Shown here one piece after another: positions 38,817 through 49,500 of a stretch of 64,000 nt of DNA; within the stretch, counting starts at the first letter, position 1, and every line of letters begins with the position of its first letter. The translations under genes and the position numbers were made by a program. The DNA is from an uncultured Arcobacteraceae bacterium (lineage in GTDB: Bacteria; Campylobacterota; Campylobacteria; Campylobacterales; Arcobacteraceae). Below the pieces are notes generated by a model that did no database searches, was not told the DNA's origin, and saw only the letters and a list, made by a program, of their open reading frames with translations. The stretch covers positions 160,001 to 224,000 of the forward strand of contig CAXHZO010000003.1 in the NCBI GenBank assembly GCA_964022095.1, given 5' to 3'.

Positions 38817-39902
38817 ATGGCAGAACAATTAAAAAATGTATATACAAAAAATTATATAGAAAATCTTGCTTTAAAAATTAAAGAAAACTATAAAGAGTTT
38901 GCTGTTGATAGTTTTATAAATTCTATTTTTGATAACAATTGGAATGATTTAGAACTAAAGCAACGTATGCGACATATTGCTTTAGTATTAAATGATTTTT
39001 TGTCAATTTCTTATGAAAAACAACTTGATGTTTTAAAAGTTGTGTCAAAAGATTTTTCTTCTTTTGAATCTATGTTTTTTCAAGATTTTGTAGAAGTGTA
39101 TGGTTTAGATGATTTTGACCTTTCTATGAAAGCATTAGAGGTTTTTACAATTGATTCAAGTAGTGAATTTGCTATACGACAATTTATTTTAAAATATGAA
39201 AATGAAACAATGAATCAAATGAAGCTTTGGGCTAAAAGTTCAAATGAGGATTTAAGAAGATTATCAAGTGAAGGTTGTAGGCCTAGACTTCCTTGGGCTA
39301 TTGCATTAAGTAAATATAAAAAAGACCCCACAATAGTTTTAGAAATAATTGAATTGTTAAAATATGATGAAAGTAAATATGTTCAAAAGAGTGTCGCAAA
39401 TAATTTAAATGATATTTCAAAAGATAATCCAAAAGTTTTAATTAATTTTGTGAAAATAAATTTAGGCAAAACAAAAAATTTAGACTGGATTTGTAAGCAT
39501 GCTTCTAGAACTTTATTAAAAGCAGGGGATAAAACAATTTTAAAACTCTTTGGATATGATGAAATAAATCATATAGAGCTTACAGAATTTTTATATGATA
39601 ATGAAGTTTTATTAAATGATAGTTTTTCTTTTTCTTTTAATTTAGTATCACAAAAAAATCTTGGAAAACTAAGAGTTGAATATATAATTGAGTATTTAAA
39701 ATCAAATGGCAGTTATTCAAAAAAAGTATTTATGATACTTCAAAATGAATTAAATCAAAAGAATAAATATTTTACTAAAAAACACAGTTTTAAAAATATG
39801 ACTACAAGAAAACACTATTTAGGCAAGCATTATATTTCAATTTTAATAAATGGAAAAAAGTATATTAAAAAGGAGTTTACCTTAAATGACACCAGCAATT
39901 AA
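38817..39902 (+). CDS. DNA alkylation repair protein (AlkC-like HEAT-repeat glycosylase with an Ig-like C-domain)
   Basis: SSEFAIRQFI, RRLSSEGCRPRLPW, YVQKSVANNLNDISKD and TTRKHY motifs. Confidence 0.87.
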   Translation: MAEQLKNVYTKNYIENLALKIKENYKEFAVDSFINSIFDNNWNDLELKQRMRHIALVLNDFLSISYEKQLDVLKVVSKDFSSFESMFFQDFVEVYGLDDFDLSMKALEVFTIDSSSEFAIRQFILKYENETMNQMKLWAKSSNEDLRRLSSEGCRPRLPWAIALSKYKKDPTIVLEIIELLKYDESKYVQKSVANNLNDISKDNPKVLINFVKINLGKTKNLDWICKHASRTLLKAGDKTILKLFGYDEINHIELTEFLYDNEVLLNDSFSFSFNLVSQKNLGKLRVEYIIEYLKSNGSYSKKVFMILQNELNQKNKYFTKKHSFKNMTTRKHYLGKHYISILINGKKYIKKEFTLNDTSN

Positions 39903-40353
39903 TCTTTTAAAAAAGAAAAAATATGAATATAAAGTTCATAAATATGACCATGATCCATCTTGTACAGATTTTGGTAATGAAGCTGTTGAAAAATTAGGAT
40001 TAGATGAAAATCAAGTTTTTAAAACACTTTTAGTTGAATTAACGCCAAAGGAGCTAGCAGTTGCAGTTGTTCCTGTATCTTCTATGCTAAGTTTGAAAAA
40101 TATTGCAACTGCATTAAACTCAAAAAAAGCTATTATGGCAAATAAAGATGAAGCACAAAAAGTTACAGGATATTTACTAGGTGGAATTTCACCTTTAGGG
40201 CAGAAAAAAAGATTAAGAACTGTTTTAGATGAGAGTGCAAAGAAATACAAAACAATTTTTGTAAGTGGTGGAAAAAGAGGTTTAGATATTGAAATAAAAC
40301 CTGATGACATAATCTGTATTTTAAACTCTAAATATTTTAAAATTACACCTTAG
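39886..40353 (+). CDS. ybaK: Cys-tRNA(Pro) deacylase
   Basis: MTPAI, VFKTLL, TGYLLGGISPLGQKK and SGGKRG motifs. Confidence 0.93.
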   Translation: MTPAINLLKKKKYEYKVHKYDHDPSCTDFGNEAVEKLGLDENQVFKTLLVELTPKELAVAVVPVSSMLSLKNIATALNSKKAIMANKDEAQKVTGYLLGGISPLGQKKRLRTVLDESAKKYKTIFVSGGKRGLDIEIKPDDIICILNSKYFKITP

Positions 40354-40461
40354 TAACACTTATTTATTTTTTAGTTAAAAAAATTGCCTTCTTAACATTC
40401 TATTAACTATATAAGAGTAAGATTTTTTATAAGATAAATAATTTTATAATAAGGATTTACT

Positions 40462-43400
40462 ATGGCTACTTCAGATATTCAAGCAATATGTTCACAATTA
40501 TTAACACCTGAGGATTTAGCAGTAAGTGATGAACTTTTTAATAGCGTATTAAAAAATGGCATTGTTACTAGAATCTTAGAGAATCAAGATAATAAATATA
40601 TAAAAATATTTTCAAAAGAACAGATTTTTTTATCAAATATAACTCCTTTACTTCATAATATTGGATTAGAAATAATTGATGAAGTAACATATAATGTTAC
40701 AAATAAAAAAGAGATGATTTATATCTCAAGATTTAATTTAAATATTGACTCTTCAAACAAATTAGATTCTGCAAGACAGAATATTGAAGAGATAATTTCT
40801 TACTCATTAAAAGATACCTCAGTAAAACATTCAAAGGCGTTTTTACTTGTTTATGAGCAAAACTTTAGTTTAAGAAAGGTCAATTTAATAAGAGCTTTTA
40901 TTGAATATTTAGATCAAGCTGTTTTAGAAATAAACTCTTCAGCAATTTTAAACACATATACTACACATCATAATATTGCAGCAAACTTTGTTAAGTATTT
41001 CTTAGCAAAATTTGAGCCAGGTATAAAAAATAGAGAAAAACTTTTAAGTACTATTGAAACAAAAATAAGAGATGAAATAAAGAAAGTACCCCAAATTTTA
41101 GATGATAAAATTCTAAATTTAACATTCTCTTTTTTATGTGCACTATTAAGAACAAACTATTTTTTAGAGCAAGAAACAATTTCTTTAAAAATTGATACAG
41201 CATGCTTTGGAAAAGATCTTAAAGGATTACAGCCAAATATTGAAAACTTTATTTTCCATCAGGACTTCTATGGAGTTCACTTAAGAATGACTAAGGTTTC
41301 AAGGGGAGGTCTTAGATGGTCTGATAGACAAGATGATTATAGACAAGAGGTTAAATCACTAATGATTACGCAAGAGGGTAAAAACTCTATAATTATTCCA
41401 AGTGGTGCAAAAGGTGGTTTTGTAATAAAAAAAGAGGATATTTCAAAGGATTTCTTTGTAGAAATTTATTCAAAATTTATTAACGCAAATTTAGATTTAG
41501 TAGATAATTTAATAGATGGAGAAGTTGTAAAGAATGATAATGTAGTCTCATATGACGATGATGATTATTATTTTGTTGTAGCAGCTGATAAAGGAACAGC
41601 TTCTATGAGTGATGTTGCAAATAATATTGCAATTAGCAGAAACTATTGGCTTGGTGATGCCTTTGCTAGTGGCGGGAGTAATGGATATGGACATAAAGAT
41701 TTAGGTATTACTGCACGTGGAGCAATAATGTCGACAAAAAGATTTTTTATAGAAGATAATATTGATATTTATAAAGATGAAGTTAGTGTAGTTGGCCTTG
41801 GTTCTATGAGTGGAGATGTTTTTGGAAATGGAATGATTGAATCTGAAAAGTTTAAACTTCTTGCTGCTATATCTCATAAAGATATATTTATCGATCCAAA
41901 TCCAGATATTAAAAAATCATACCTTGAGCGAAAAAGATTATTTGAGTCAAAAAATGGAGGCTGGAGTAATTATGATATAAAACTAATCTCACAAGGTGGT
42001 GGTATATTTAAAAGAAGTGATAAAGAGATTGAATTATCACCAGAGATTAAAAAACTTATAAATACAACTAAAAAAACTATTTCAGGTGAAGAATTAGCTA
42101 AAAAACTTTTAACACTTGATGTTGATATGCTATTTAATGGTGGTGTTGGTACTTATGTTAAATCTAGTGATGAAAACAATTTAGATATAGGTGATAAACA
42201 AAATGAAGCAGTAAGAGTTGATGCAAATGAGTTAAGAGCAAAAGTTGTTTGTGAGGGTGGAAATCTTGGTTTTACACAAAAAGCTAGAATAGAGTATGCC
42301 CTAAGTGGAGGAAGAATAAATCTTGATGGTATAGATAATGCAGGTGGAGTTAATACTTCTGATCATGAAGTAAATTTAAAAGTATTATTAAATATTATTA
42401 AAAGTCAAGGTATTTTAGATGAAAACCAAGCTAAAAACACTTTTCATTCACTAACAGATCAAATAGTGCAAATGGTTTTAGATAATAATTATGAACAAGC
42501 TTGTGTAATCTCTATGGATGAACAGTTCTCTAGAAAATATCCAAATGATTTTATAAAAGCAATTGATGTTTTAGAAAATGAATTAGTATCATTTAATAAA
42601 CCAGCATTTTATATACCAAAAAAAGATAATATGAATGAAATTATTGATATTCATGATTCAATGGTTAGACCAGTACTTGGTTCAATCTTATCTTATAGTA
42701 AAATTTTTCTAAAAAAGATACTTCTAGAATCTAGTTTAATTGATGATTCATTCTTTTTACAATATCTGTTTAAGTATTTCCCAAAATCTTTTGTTGGAGC
42801 ATATGAGCAACAAATATTAAACCATCCACTAAAAAAAGAGATAATTGCAACTGTAATTGCAGATATAATTATAAATCATCAAGGAGTTACATTTATAAGT
42901 GATTATGAAAAACTTGGTAAAGATAAGTTTTTATTAAAAATTAAATCATTTTTAGTAGTAAGAGAACTATTTGGTGCTGATGAAATAAGAAATAAAATCT
43001 ATTCTCAAGATTATATATTATCTAGTGAAAAACAGTACAAGTTAATCGCTAAGTTAGAATACATCTTATATGCAAGTACGAAATGGATGGTTAAATATCT
43101 TAAGAAAAATCAATTAGACTCTTCTCATATAATTGATCATAAAGATGAATTATTCACTTTATTAGCTCAAGTACATAATCAAAAAGTTGAAGCTTTAATT
43201 CCTGAAGATGATAAATTTAATAAGTTCTTTAGTGTAATTGATTATTTAAGATTTGCAGTTGCAGCTATTGTAATAAAAGAGAATACTAATCATTCATTTA
43301 AAGATGTGATAGTATTATTTTATTCTTTAATTCATGAATTTAATATTTTAGAAATTATTATTGCATTAAATAAAGTAAATATCTCAAGTCCAAGTGATTT

Positions 43401-43641
43401 AACACTTAGAAATCAGGTATTACAGTTTATAGAGTTTATAGTTGTTCATTATACAAATAAAGTTTTAAATTTCAAAAGATTAAACGAAGAACCAGATGTT
43501 GCTTTTGCAAATTTTGTTGCAAATGAAAAAGATACATTTTATAAAGTTAGAGATCATTTAGATGATTTTATGGTAAAAGAGAATAAAGATATAAAAGAGA
43601 TTGCAATTACAGTAAATCAATTGATGGTCTCTTTAATATAA
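40462..43641 (+). CDS. Large NAD-dependent glutamate dehydrogenase (compact form)
   Basis: GVHLR..VSRGGLRWSDR, GAKGGF, VVAADKGTA, MSGDVFGNGM, EGGNLG and DNAGGVNTSDHEVN motifs. Confidence 0.92.
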   Translation: MATSDIQAICSQLLTPEDLAVSDELFNSVLKNGIVTRILENQDNKYIKIFSKEQIFLSNITPLLHNIGLEIIDEVTYNVTNKKEMIYISRFNLNIDSSNKLDSARQNIEEIISYSLKDTSVKHSKAFLLVYEQNFSLRKVNLIRAFIEYLDQAVLEINSSAILNTYTTHHNIAANFVKYFLAKFEPGIKNREKLLSTIETKIRDEIKKVPQILDDKILNLTFSFLCALLRTNYFLEQETISLKIDTACFGKDLKGLQPNIENFIFHQDFYGVHLRMTKVSRGGLRWSDRQDDYRQEVKSLMITQEGKNSIIIPSGAKGGFVIKKEDISKDFFVEIYSKFINANLDLVDNLIDGEVVKNDNVVSYDDDDYYFVVAADKGTASMSDVANNIAISRNYWLGDAFASGGSNGYGHKDLGITARGAIMSTKRFFIEDNIDIYKDEVSVVGLGSMSGDVFGNGMIESEKFKLLAAISHKDIFIDPNPDIKKSYLERKRLFESKNGGWSNYDIKLISQGGGIFKRSDKEIELSPEIKKLINTTKKTISGEELAKKLLTLDVDMLFNGGVGTYVKSSDENNLDIGDKQNEAVRVDANELRAKVVCEGGNLGFTQKARIEYALSGGRINLDGIDNAGGVNTSDHEVNLKVLLNIIKSQGILDENQAKNTFHSLTDQIVQMVLDNNYEQACVISMDEQFSRKYPNDFIKAIDVLENELVSFNKPAFYIPKKDNMNEIIDIHDSMVRPVLGSILSYSKIFLKKILLESSLIDDSFFLQYLFKYFPKSFVGAYEQQILNHPLKKEIIATVIADIIINHQGVTFISDYEKLGKDKFLLKIKSFLVVRELFGADEIRNKIYSQDYILSSEKQYKLIAKLEYILYASTKWMVKYLKKNQLDSSHIIDHKDELFTLLAQVHNQKVEALIPEDDKFNKFFSVIDYLRFAVAAIVIKENTNHSFKDVIVLFYSLIHEFNILEIIIALNKVNISSPSDLTLRNQVLQFIEFIVVHYTNKVLNFKRLNEEPDVAFANFVANEKDTFYKVRDHLDDFMVKENKDIKEIAITVNQLMVSLI

Positions 43642-43701
43642 GTTTAGATTATAAATATTATTTAAGTTAAACTTATGATATAATTCACAAAAGGAGAAAT
43701 T

Positions 43702-43911
43702 ATGAGTGATATGAATAATGAACCAAGTTTAGAAAAAATAGATGATTATAATGGTAATGAGTCAAAAGAAAAAAAGAATACAGTAATAAAAGTTATAATA
43801 TTTTGTTTAGCTGTTGGAGCACTTTTTACTTATTTAAGAACGACATCAGTTCCTGATGATTATGTTGGAACAGAAGATAAACCAGGTATAAGTACTACAA
43901 AATTAAAATAG
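43702..43911 (+). CDS. Small single-TM hypothetical protein
   Basis: AAGGAG RBS; one hydrophobic helix; followed by a hairpin. Confidence 0.75.
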   Translation: MSDMNNEPSLEKIDDYNGNESKEKKNTVIKVIIFCLAVGALFTYLRTTSVPDDYVGTEDKPGISTTKLK

Positions 43912-43913
43912 TG

Positions 43914-43941
43914 TAAAGCTCTATATACTAATAGAGCTTTA
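43914..43941. terminator. Bidirectional terminator
   Basis: TAAAGCTCTAT-ATACTA-ATAGAGCTTTA between convergent genes. Confidence 0.65.
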
Positions 43942-45093
43942 TACAAATAACTTTTTGTTTTTTATAACTAAAGTTATAGTAATAATCAAAACAATGCATA
44001 ATAAATAAATCATAATATCCCAACTATAGTTTTCGTAAATAACTGATGGAATAAAAGATCCAAAAGCTCCTCCTAGATAATAAAAAGTTAGATACATTCC
44101 AGAAGTAAGTGACTTTTGAGACTCTTTCATAGAGTTTGCAAGTCCAGTACTAACACTATGAACTGTAAACATACCTAAACAAAAAAGAAATATTAGTAAA
44201 AATACAACTAGTACATTCTCTACAATCAATGTTGAAGTTATCAAAATAAAAAATAGTATACCAACTAAAATTGTATTTAGTTCATTTTTAAAAAACTTTA
44301 TGATTTTTCTTGAATTTAAAGAGACTAAAATTCCAACACCATATCCTAAATAAAGTAAGGATATTTGAAATTCTGAGATGTCATTTGATAACTCTTTTAC
44401 TCTAAATGGTAAGACATTTAATACTCCTGCAAATACAAAAAATGTACAAAACATCAAAAAGTAAATTGTAGTAAATCTTTTATCTTTTAAAATTGCAGTT
44501 ATGTCACTAATTTTAGGTTTAACAATAGTTGCTTCACCTTCATATGAAAGCTTATTAATAAAATATATTGAAATAAGTATAGCAATAGACAGTGAATAAA
44601 ACACATATTCATATGAAAAATTTGTGGCTATAAAACCTGAGAAAATTCTTCCTATCAAACCTCCAAAAACAGTAGCTGCAACGTATATAGACATATTAAA
44701 TTTTATATTCTTCTTATCTATATTTGCAAGTATACTCATAAGAGAGGTTAATATAGCTGGAACAATTAATGCTTCAATAGTTCTAAAAAATAAAAAGAGT
44801 TCATAATTAGTACTTAGTGCTAAAAAAATATTTGTAATAAATAGAATAATTGAAGAGTTTATTAACATTTTTTTTGCGTTTACTTTTTCTAAAATATATC
44901 CATATATAATAGGAGAAACTGCTAAAAATAGCATAATTACAGCAGTAAACTGTGAAGCTTTTGTAACTGAGATATTAAATTCATTTGCTAAAAGTGGTTG
45001 GAGTGGTTGAGTTGCATACATTACTGATAAAACAATAATAATACAATATATAATAATAAGTAAATCAAATCTTTTCATTTTTGTCCTGTTCAA
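43939..45093 (-). CDS. MFS transporter (YnfM-like)
   Basis: MYATQPLQP, GGLIGR and YLTFYYLGG motifs; about 12 TMs. Confidence 0.87.
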   Translation of the reverse strand: MNRTKMKRFDLLIIIYCIIIVLSVMYATQPLQPLLANEFNISVTKASQFTAVIMLFLAVSPIIYGYILEKVNAKKMLINSSIILFITNIFLALSTNYELFLFFRTIEALIVPAILTSLMSILANIDKKNIKFNMSIYVAATVFGGLIGRIFSGFIATNFSYEYVFYSLSIAILISIYFINKLSYEGEATIVKPKISDITAILKDKRFTTIYFLMFCTFFVFAGVLNVLPFRVKELSNDISEFQISLLYLGYGVGILVSLNSRKIIKFFKNELNTILVGILFFILITSTLIVENVLVVFLLIFLFCLGMFTVHSVSTGLANSMKESQKSLTSGMYLTFYYLGGAFGSFIPSVIYENYSWDIMIYLLCIVLIITITLVIKNKKLFV

Positions 45094-45126
45094 ATGATAT
45101 AATACAAAAAAATAAAAGGTAATAAA

Positions 45127-46428
45127 ATGTTATTCCAGTTAAATAAATATCATGCTTTAACTAAACATTCACATAATTCTGTTCGTATTAATCCAAATAG
45201 GGTAGATTGGAATAATCCACCAAATAGATTCAAATTTTATCCAAATAATTTTAAAAGAATCTCCTTAAATCAAGAAGAAGATGTTTTTGATTTTTTATAT
45301 CTAATTGCAGGTATTACTGCAAAAAAGACATATCCAGGTGTTGAGTACTATTTAAGAGTAAATCCTAGTGCTGGTGCTTTATATCCAAATGAAATCTATT
45401 TTCAAGTAAGAAATGAAAAGGAATTTGAAGATGGCATTTATCATTATGAAGTTGGAAGTTCTAATTTAACTTTGTTAAAAAAGTTAAAAGAAAATGAAGG
45501 AATAGAATCAAATTTGGGATTTGATAATACTTATGATGGCTTTATATTTTTAATCTCTTCTATATATTATCGTTCATCTTGGAAGTATAAAAATAGAGCA
45601 TTTAGATATTGTTTATTGGATGCTGGACATTTAATAGGAACTATGGAAGCAAGTTCATATATTTATGATAAAAATATAAAAACTTTTTTTGATTTTGATA
45701 AGAAATCACTAAATAAACTATTTAGTTTTGATGAAAAAGAGTTTTTTACTGCATGTGTAGTTTGCTTTAATAAAGAGCATAAAAAAGATGTTTCTCCAGT
45801 ACATTTAGAATTACCTTTAGTTGATGGTACAGCCCATAAAGAAGAGTTTAATTTGTATGAAAAAAATGAAGTTATTAAAAATGCTTATGAAGAGTCATTA
45901 AAATTAAATCATAAAAATCCAAATAATAACTCTTTAGACTTGCATTTAAATAAAAATTATTTTAAAGAAATAGTACTAAAAAGAAGGTCTATTAGAGAGT
46001 TTACAAAAAAATCAATAACTAAAGAACAATTTGAGTGTATCTATAACATGATAAGTGGCCATTTTACAAGTGATACTGATGAAAATATCGATATTTTTTA
46101 TGTTATTAATAGAGTAGAAAATATGAAAATGGGTCTTTATAAAAATAAGAATATTTTAAGAATTGGAGAGGAATCAAAAAAAGCTGGATATTTATGTTTG
46201 GAACAAACTTTAGGTAGTTTTAGTGCAGTAACATTCTTTTTTACTACAAAAAGTAATAATTATCAAGAAGCATATCAAAAGGCAGGAGTTATTGGACAAA
46301 GATTATATCTTATCTCAAATTATTTAGGTATAGGATGTAGTGGAATAGGGGCTTATTATGATGATGAAGTGTGCGAATTTATTAAAGAGCAACAAATGAT
46401 TTTATATGCAATGGCAATTGGTAATTAA
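45127..46428 (+). CDS. SagB/ThcOx-like tandem nitroreductase-domain protein
   Basis: RVNPSAGALYP, YRSSWKY..RAFRYCLLDAGH, KRRSIR and GCSGIGAYYD motifs. Confidence 0.85.
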   Translation: MLFQLNKYHALTKHSHNSVRINPNRVDWNNPPNRFKFYPNNFKRISLNQEEDVFDFLYLIAGITAKKTYPGVEYYLRVNPSAGALYPNEIYFQVRNEKEFEDGIYHYEVGSSNLTLLKKLKENEGIESNLGFDNTYDGFIFLISSIYYRSSWKYKNRAFRYCLLDAGHLIGTMEASSYIYDKNIKTFFDFDKKSLNKLFSFDEKEFFTACVVCFNKEHKKDVSPVHLELPLVDGTAHKEEFNLYEKNEVIKNAYEESLKLNHKNPNNNSLDLHLNKNYFKEIVLKRRSIREFTKKSITKEQFECIYNMISGHFTSDTDENIDIFYVINRVENMKMGLYKNKNILRIGEESKKAGYLCLEQTLGSFSAVTFFFTTKSNNYQEAYQKAGVIGQRLYLISNYLGIGCSGIGAYYDDEVCEFIKEQQMILYAMAIGN

Positions 46429-46513
46429 GCTAATAATAAATCACTAAGTAATAAATTATTATTTTTTAGATATAATCACATTAATATGTTAAATATCATA
46501 ATGAGAAATAATA

Positions 46514-49500
46514 ATGGCTAAATTTTTTGAATTAAATGTAAAACAATCAAATGTTGACTTTAGAGATTTAAAATCAAATGAAATTTTAGATTTAAAATCA
46601 ATTTTAAATCTAATTCAAAATTATAAATTAAAAAATAAGAAAATAATAGTATATGAAAACAGTGTTTATACTATTGTTGAAGTATTAAATTTATTACAAG
46701 AAACAGAAACTTTTAAAAATCAAAATTTTGCAGAAATATTATTAAAAGTAGAAGAACAAGAAGTTCCTCAAAAAAAAGATGATTTTGTACAAAAAGATCT
46801 AGTAAACGATAATTTAACAATCTTAGAACAATTATACAAAAAAGGTATGATTGAAAAAAATCAACTAAAAAAACAAAAAACTCTTATTGATGAAGATACT
46901 CAAGACTCAACAGATTTTATACCATACAAAACTACAATTTCTGGATTATTTGTTAGGAATATTACAGAAGATGAAATTATAAGTGAAAAAATAACTATAT
47001 ATAACTCTTTGGGTGAAAAATTAAATTTTATTGATGAGTCTATAAATGGTAGCTTTGGATACTTAAAAGTGTCATCTAATAAATGGATTTATACCTTAGA
47101 AGATGAAATACAAAAATTAAATGATGGTGATAAATTAGTTGAAAATTTTATAATTGAATTAGAAGATGGGACTAAACAAAATATTGAAATTTCTATTATT
47201 GGAGTAAATGATTATCCATTTATAGAAAACACGAATTTAGTTTTAGTAGAAGATTCTATGATAAATGGTCAGATTAATTATTTTGATGTTGATAGTTCTG
47301 TAGAGATTTTATATGATGGATCAATTGAAGGTTTACAAATCAATAAAGATGGCTCATATACTTTTAATTCTGATGCTTATGATTTTTTATCAAAAGATAA
47401 ATCACTTTTTTTGAAAACAACAGTTCAAATTATAGATGAACAAGGTGCAACTGAAAAAAGTGATTTTAATATCTCAATAACAGGTACGAATGATTATCCA
47501 ACAATTGATATTCAAAGTAGTATTTCAACAATAGAAGATAAAACTGTTAGTGTAGCTTTCTCAACTAGTGATATTGACGGATTAATTGTTTCAACATATG
47601 CAAGTGCATTAAATGGAAAAACAATTTTAAATGGTAATGAACTAATATATATCCCAAATGATGATTTTAATGGAATAGATACTATTACTTTAAATGCTAA
47701 AGATGATTCAGGAGCAATTACTCAAAAAGAGATTTTAGTTGATATCAAAGCTATAAATGATAAGCCAAAAACTAGTTTAATTGAAGGATATGATAAGTTT
47801 TTAGATGAATCTGAACTTAATGACTTCTTAGGTGTTAGTAATAGTTTACTTATAATTTCTCATGAAGAGATTTTATCAAAGAGTAAAATAATTGATGTTG
47901 ATAGTAATAATTTTGAAATCACTTTAAATCCTGAAGATATAACTTTTACAAAAGATGGAATGGATTACTCTTTTGTAAATACTACCATGGGTGTAAAACA
48001 AGTCGATCTTTTATTTAAGATGATGAATCCGGATGTTCAAGCGCAAATTGGTGATTTTTTAGTTTATAACACAAGTTTTGATTCTCTAAATACTGGGGAT
48101 GAAGTAGATGTTAAATTTTATATAAATATTTATGATGGTGAAGATTACTCTGAAAAACTTCCAGTAGAATTTAAAGTAATTGGCTCAAATGATGCCCCTG
48201 TTATTGATGAAATTTCAGTAATAAATGTAAATGAAGATGAACAAAGTCAAAACTTTAAAGTAACAGGAAGTGATATTGATACAGATTCTTCTTTTTTATT
48301 TTCAATTGATGAAAGTGTTGATGGTCTAAGTTTTGATGAAAATGGAAATGCTTCTTTTGATCCAACTCATCCAACATATCAATACCTAAATGAAGGTGAA
48401 TTAAAAACTATTACAATTCCTGTGAGCATCACAGATGAAAATGCTGCAACAAATAGTACTTATTTAACTATAAATATTTTAGGTACAAATGATGAACCAA
48501 AAATTGAGAATAAACTTTTAAGTGTTAATGAAGGTGATATTGTAGTTAATGGATATTTAGCAGGTGTGGATGCTGATACATCAGCTGTTTTAACATATAC
48601 AACTACAAGTGTTGTTGCAGGTTTTGTTTTAAATTCAAATGGAACATACTCTTTAGATTTAAATGAGTATAGATATTTATCTTTAGATGAAGAATTAAAT
48701 TTAGATATTCCAATATTAGTTACTGATGATAATAGCGCAACAAATAGCAGCACTTTAAGTGTAAAAATTATAGGTACAAATGAAGTTCCAAGTATTAAAT
48801 TTATAACAGAACTTGCTATAAATGAAGATGACTCTATTGCAAGTGGTCAAATTATTTCAGAAGATATTGATAAAGATGCAATTTTAACATGTAGTACTAA
48901 CTCATTAGTTGAAGGATTTACACTAGAAGAAAATGGTACTTATACTTTTGATGCATCTTCATATCAATATTTAGTAGAAAATGAGATTTTAGTGCTTACT
49001 ATACCAGTTACACTTAGTGATGAGAATAATGCAACAACGAGTGATAATATTACTATACAAATAACTGGAAGAAATGATATTCCGGTTATAACTTCAATTG
49101 AACAAAAGAACCTTTTTGAAGATGATTTAATTTTAAATGGACAAATTATTGGAAATGATGCTGATGATGGAGCAGTTTTAACTTACTCTACAACAGCATC
49201 TTTATCAGGTTTTACTTTTAATAGTGATGGAAGTTATAGTTTTGATCCCTCACTTAGTGATTATCAAAGTTTAAGTAGCGATGATACTTTAACTTTTTCA
49301 ATCCCAATTACACTTACTGATGATAAAGGTACAAGTACTACAGAAGATTTTGTTATAAAACTAACTGGAACAAATGACTATCCAATTTTAACTTTAGATA
49401 GTTCAATTTCAACATTAGAAGATACAACTACAAGGGTAAATTACTCTGCTAGTGATATTGATAGTAATATAGGAATAGTTGGAAGTGCTTTAAATGGTGT

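Noticed and set aside
45127-46428. SagB-like oxidase as part of a RiPP cluster
   Set aside because: No YcaO, precursor peptide or dedicated transporter/protease nearby.
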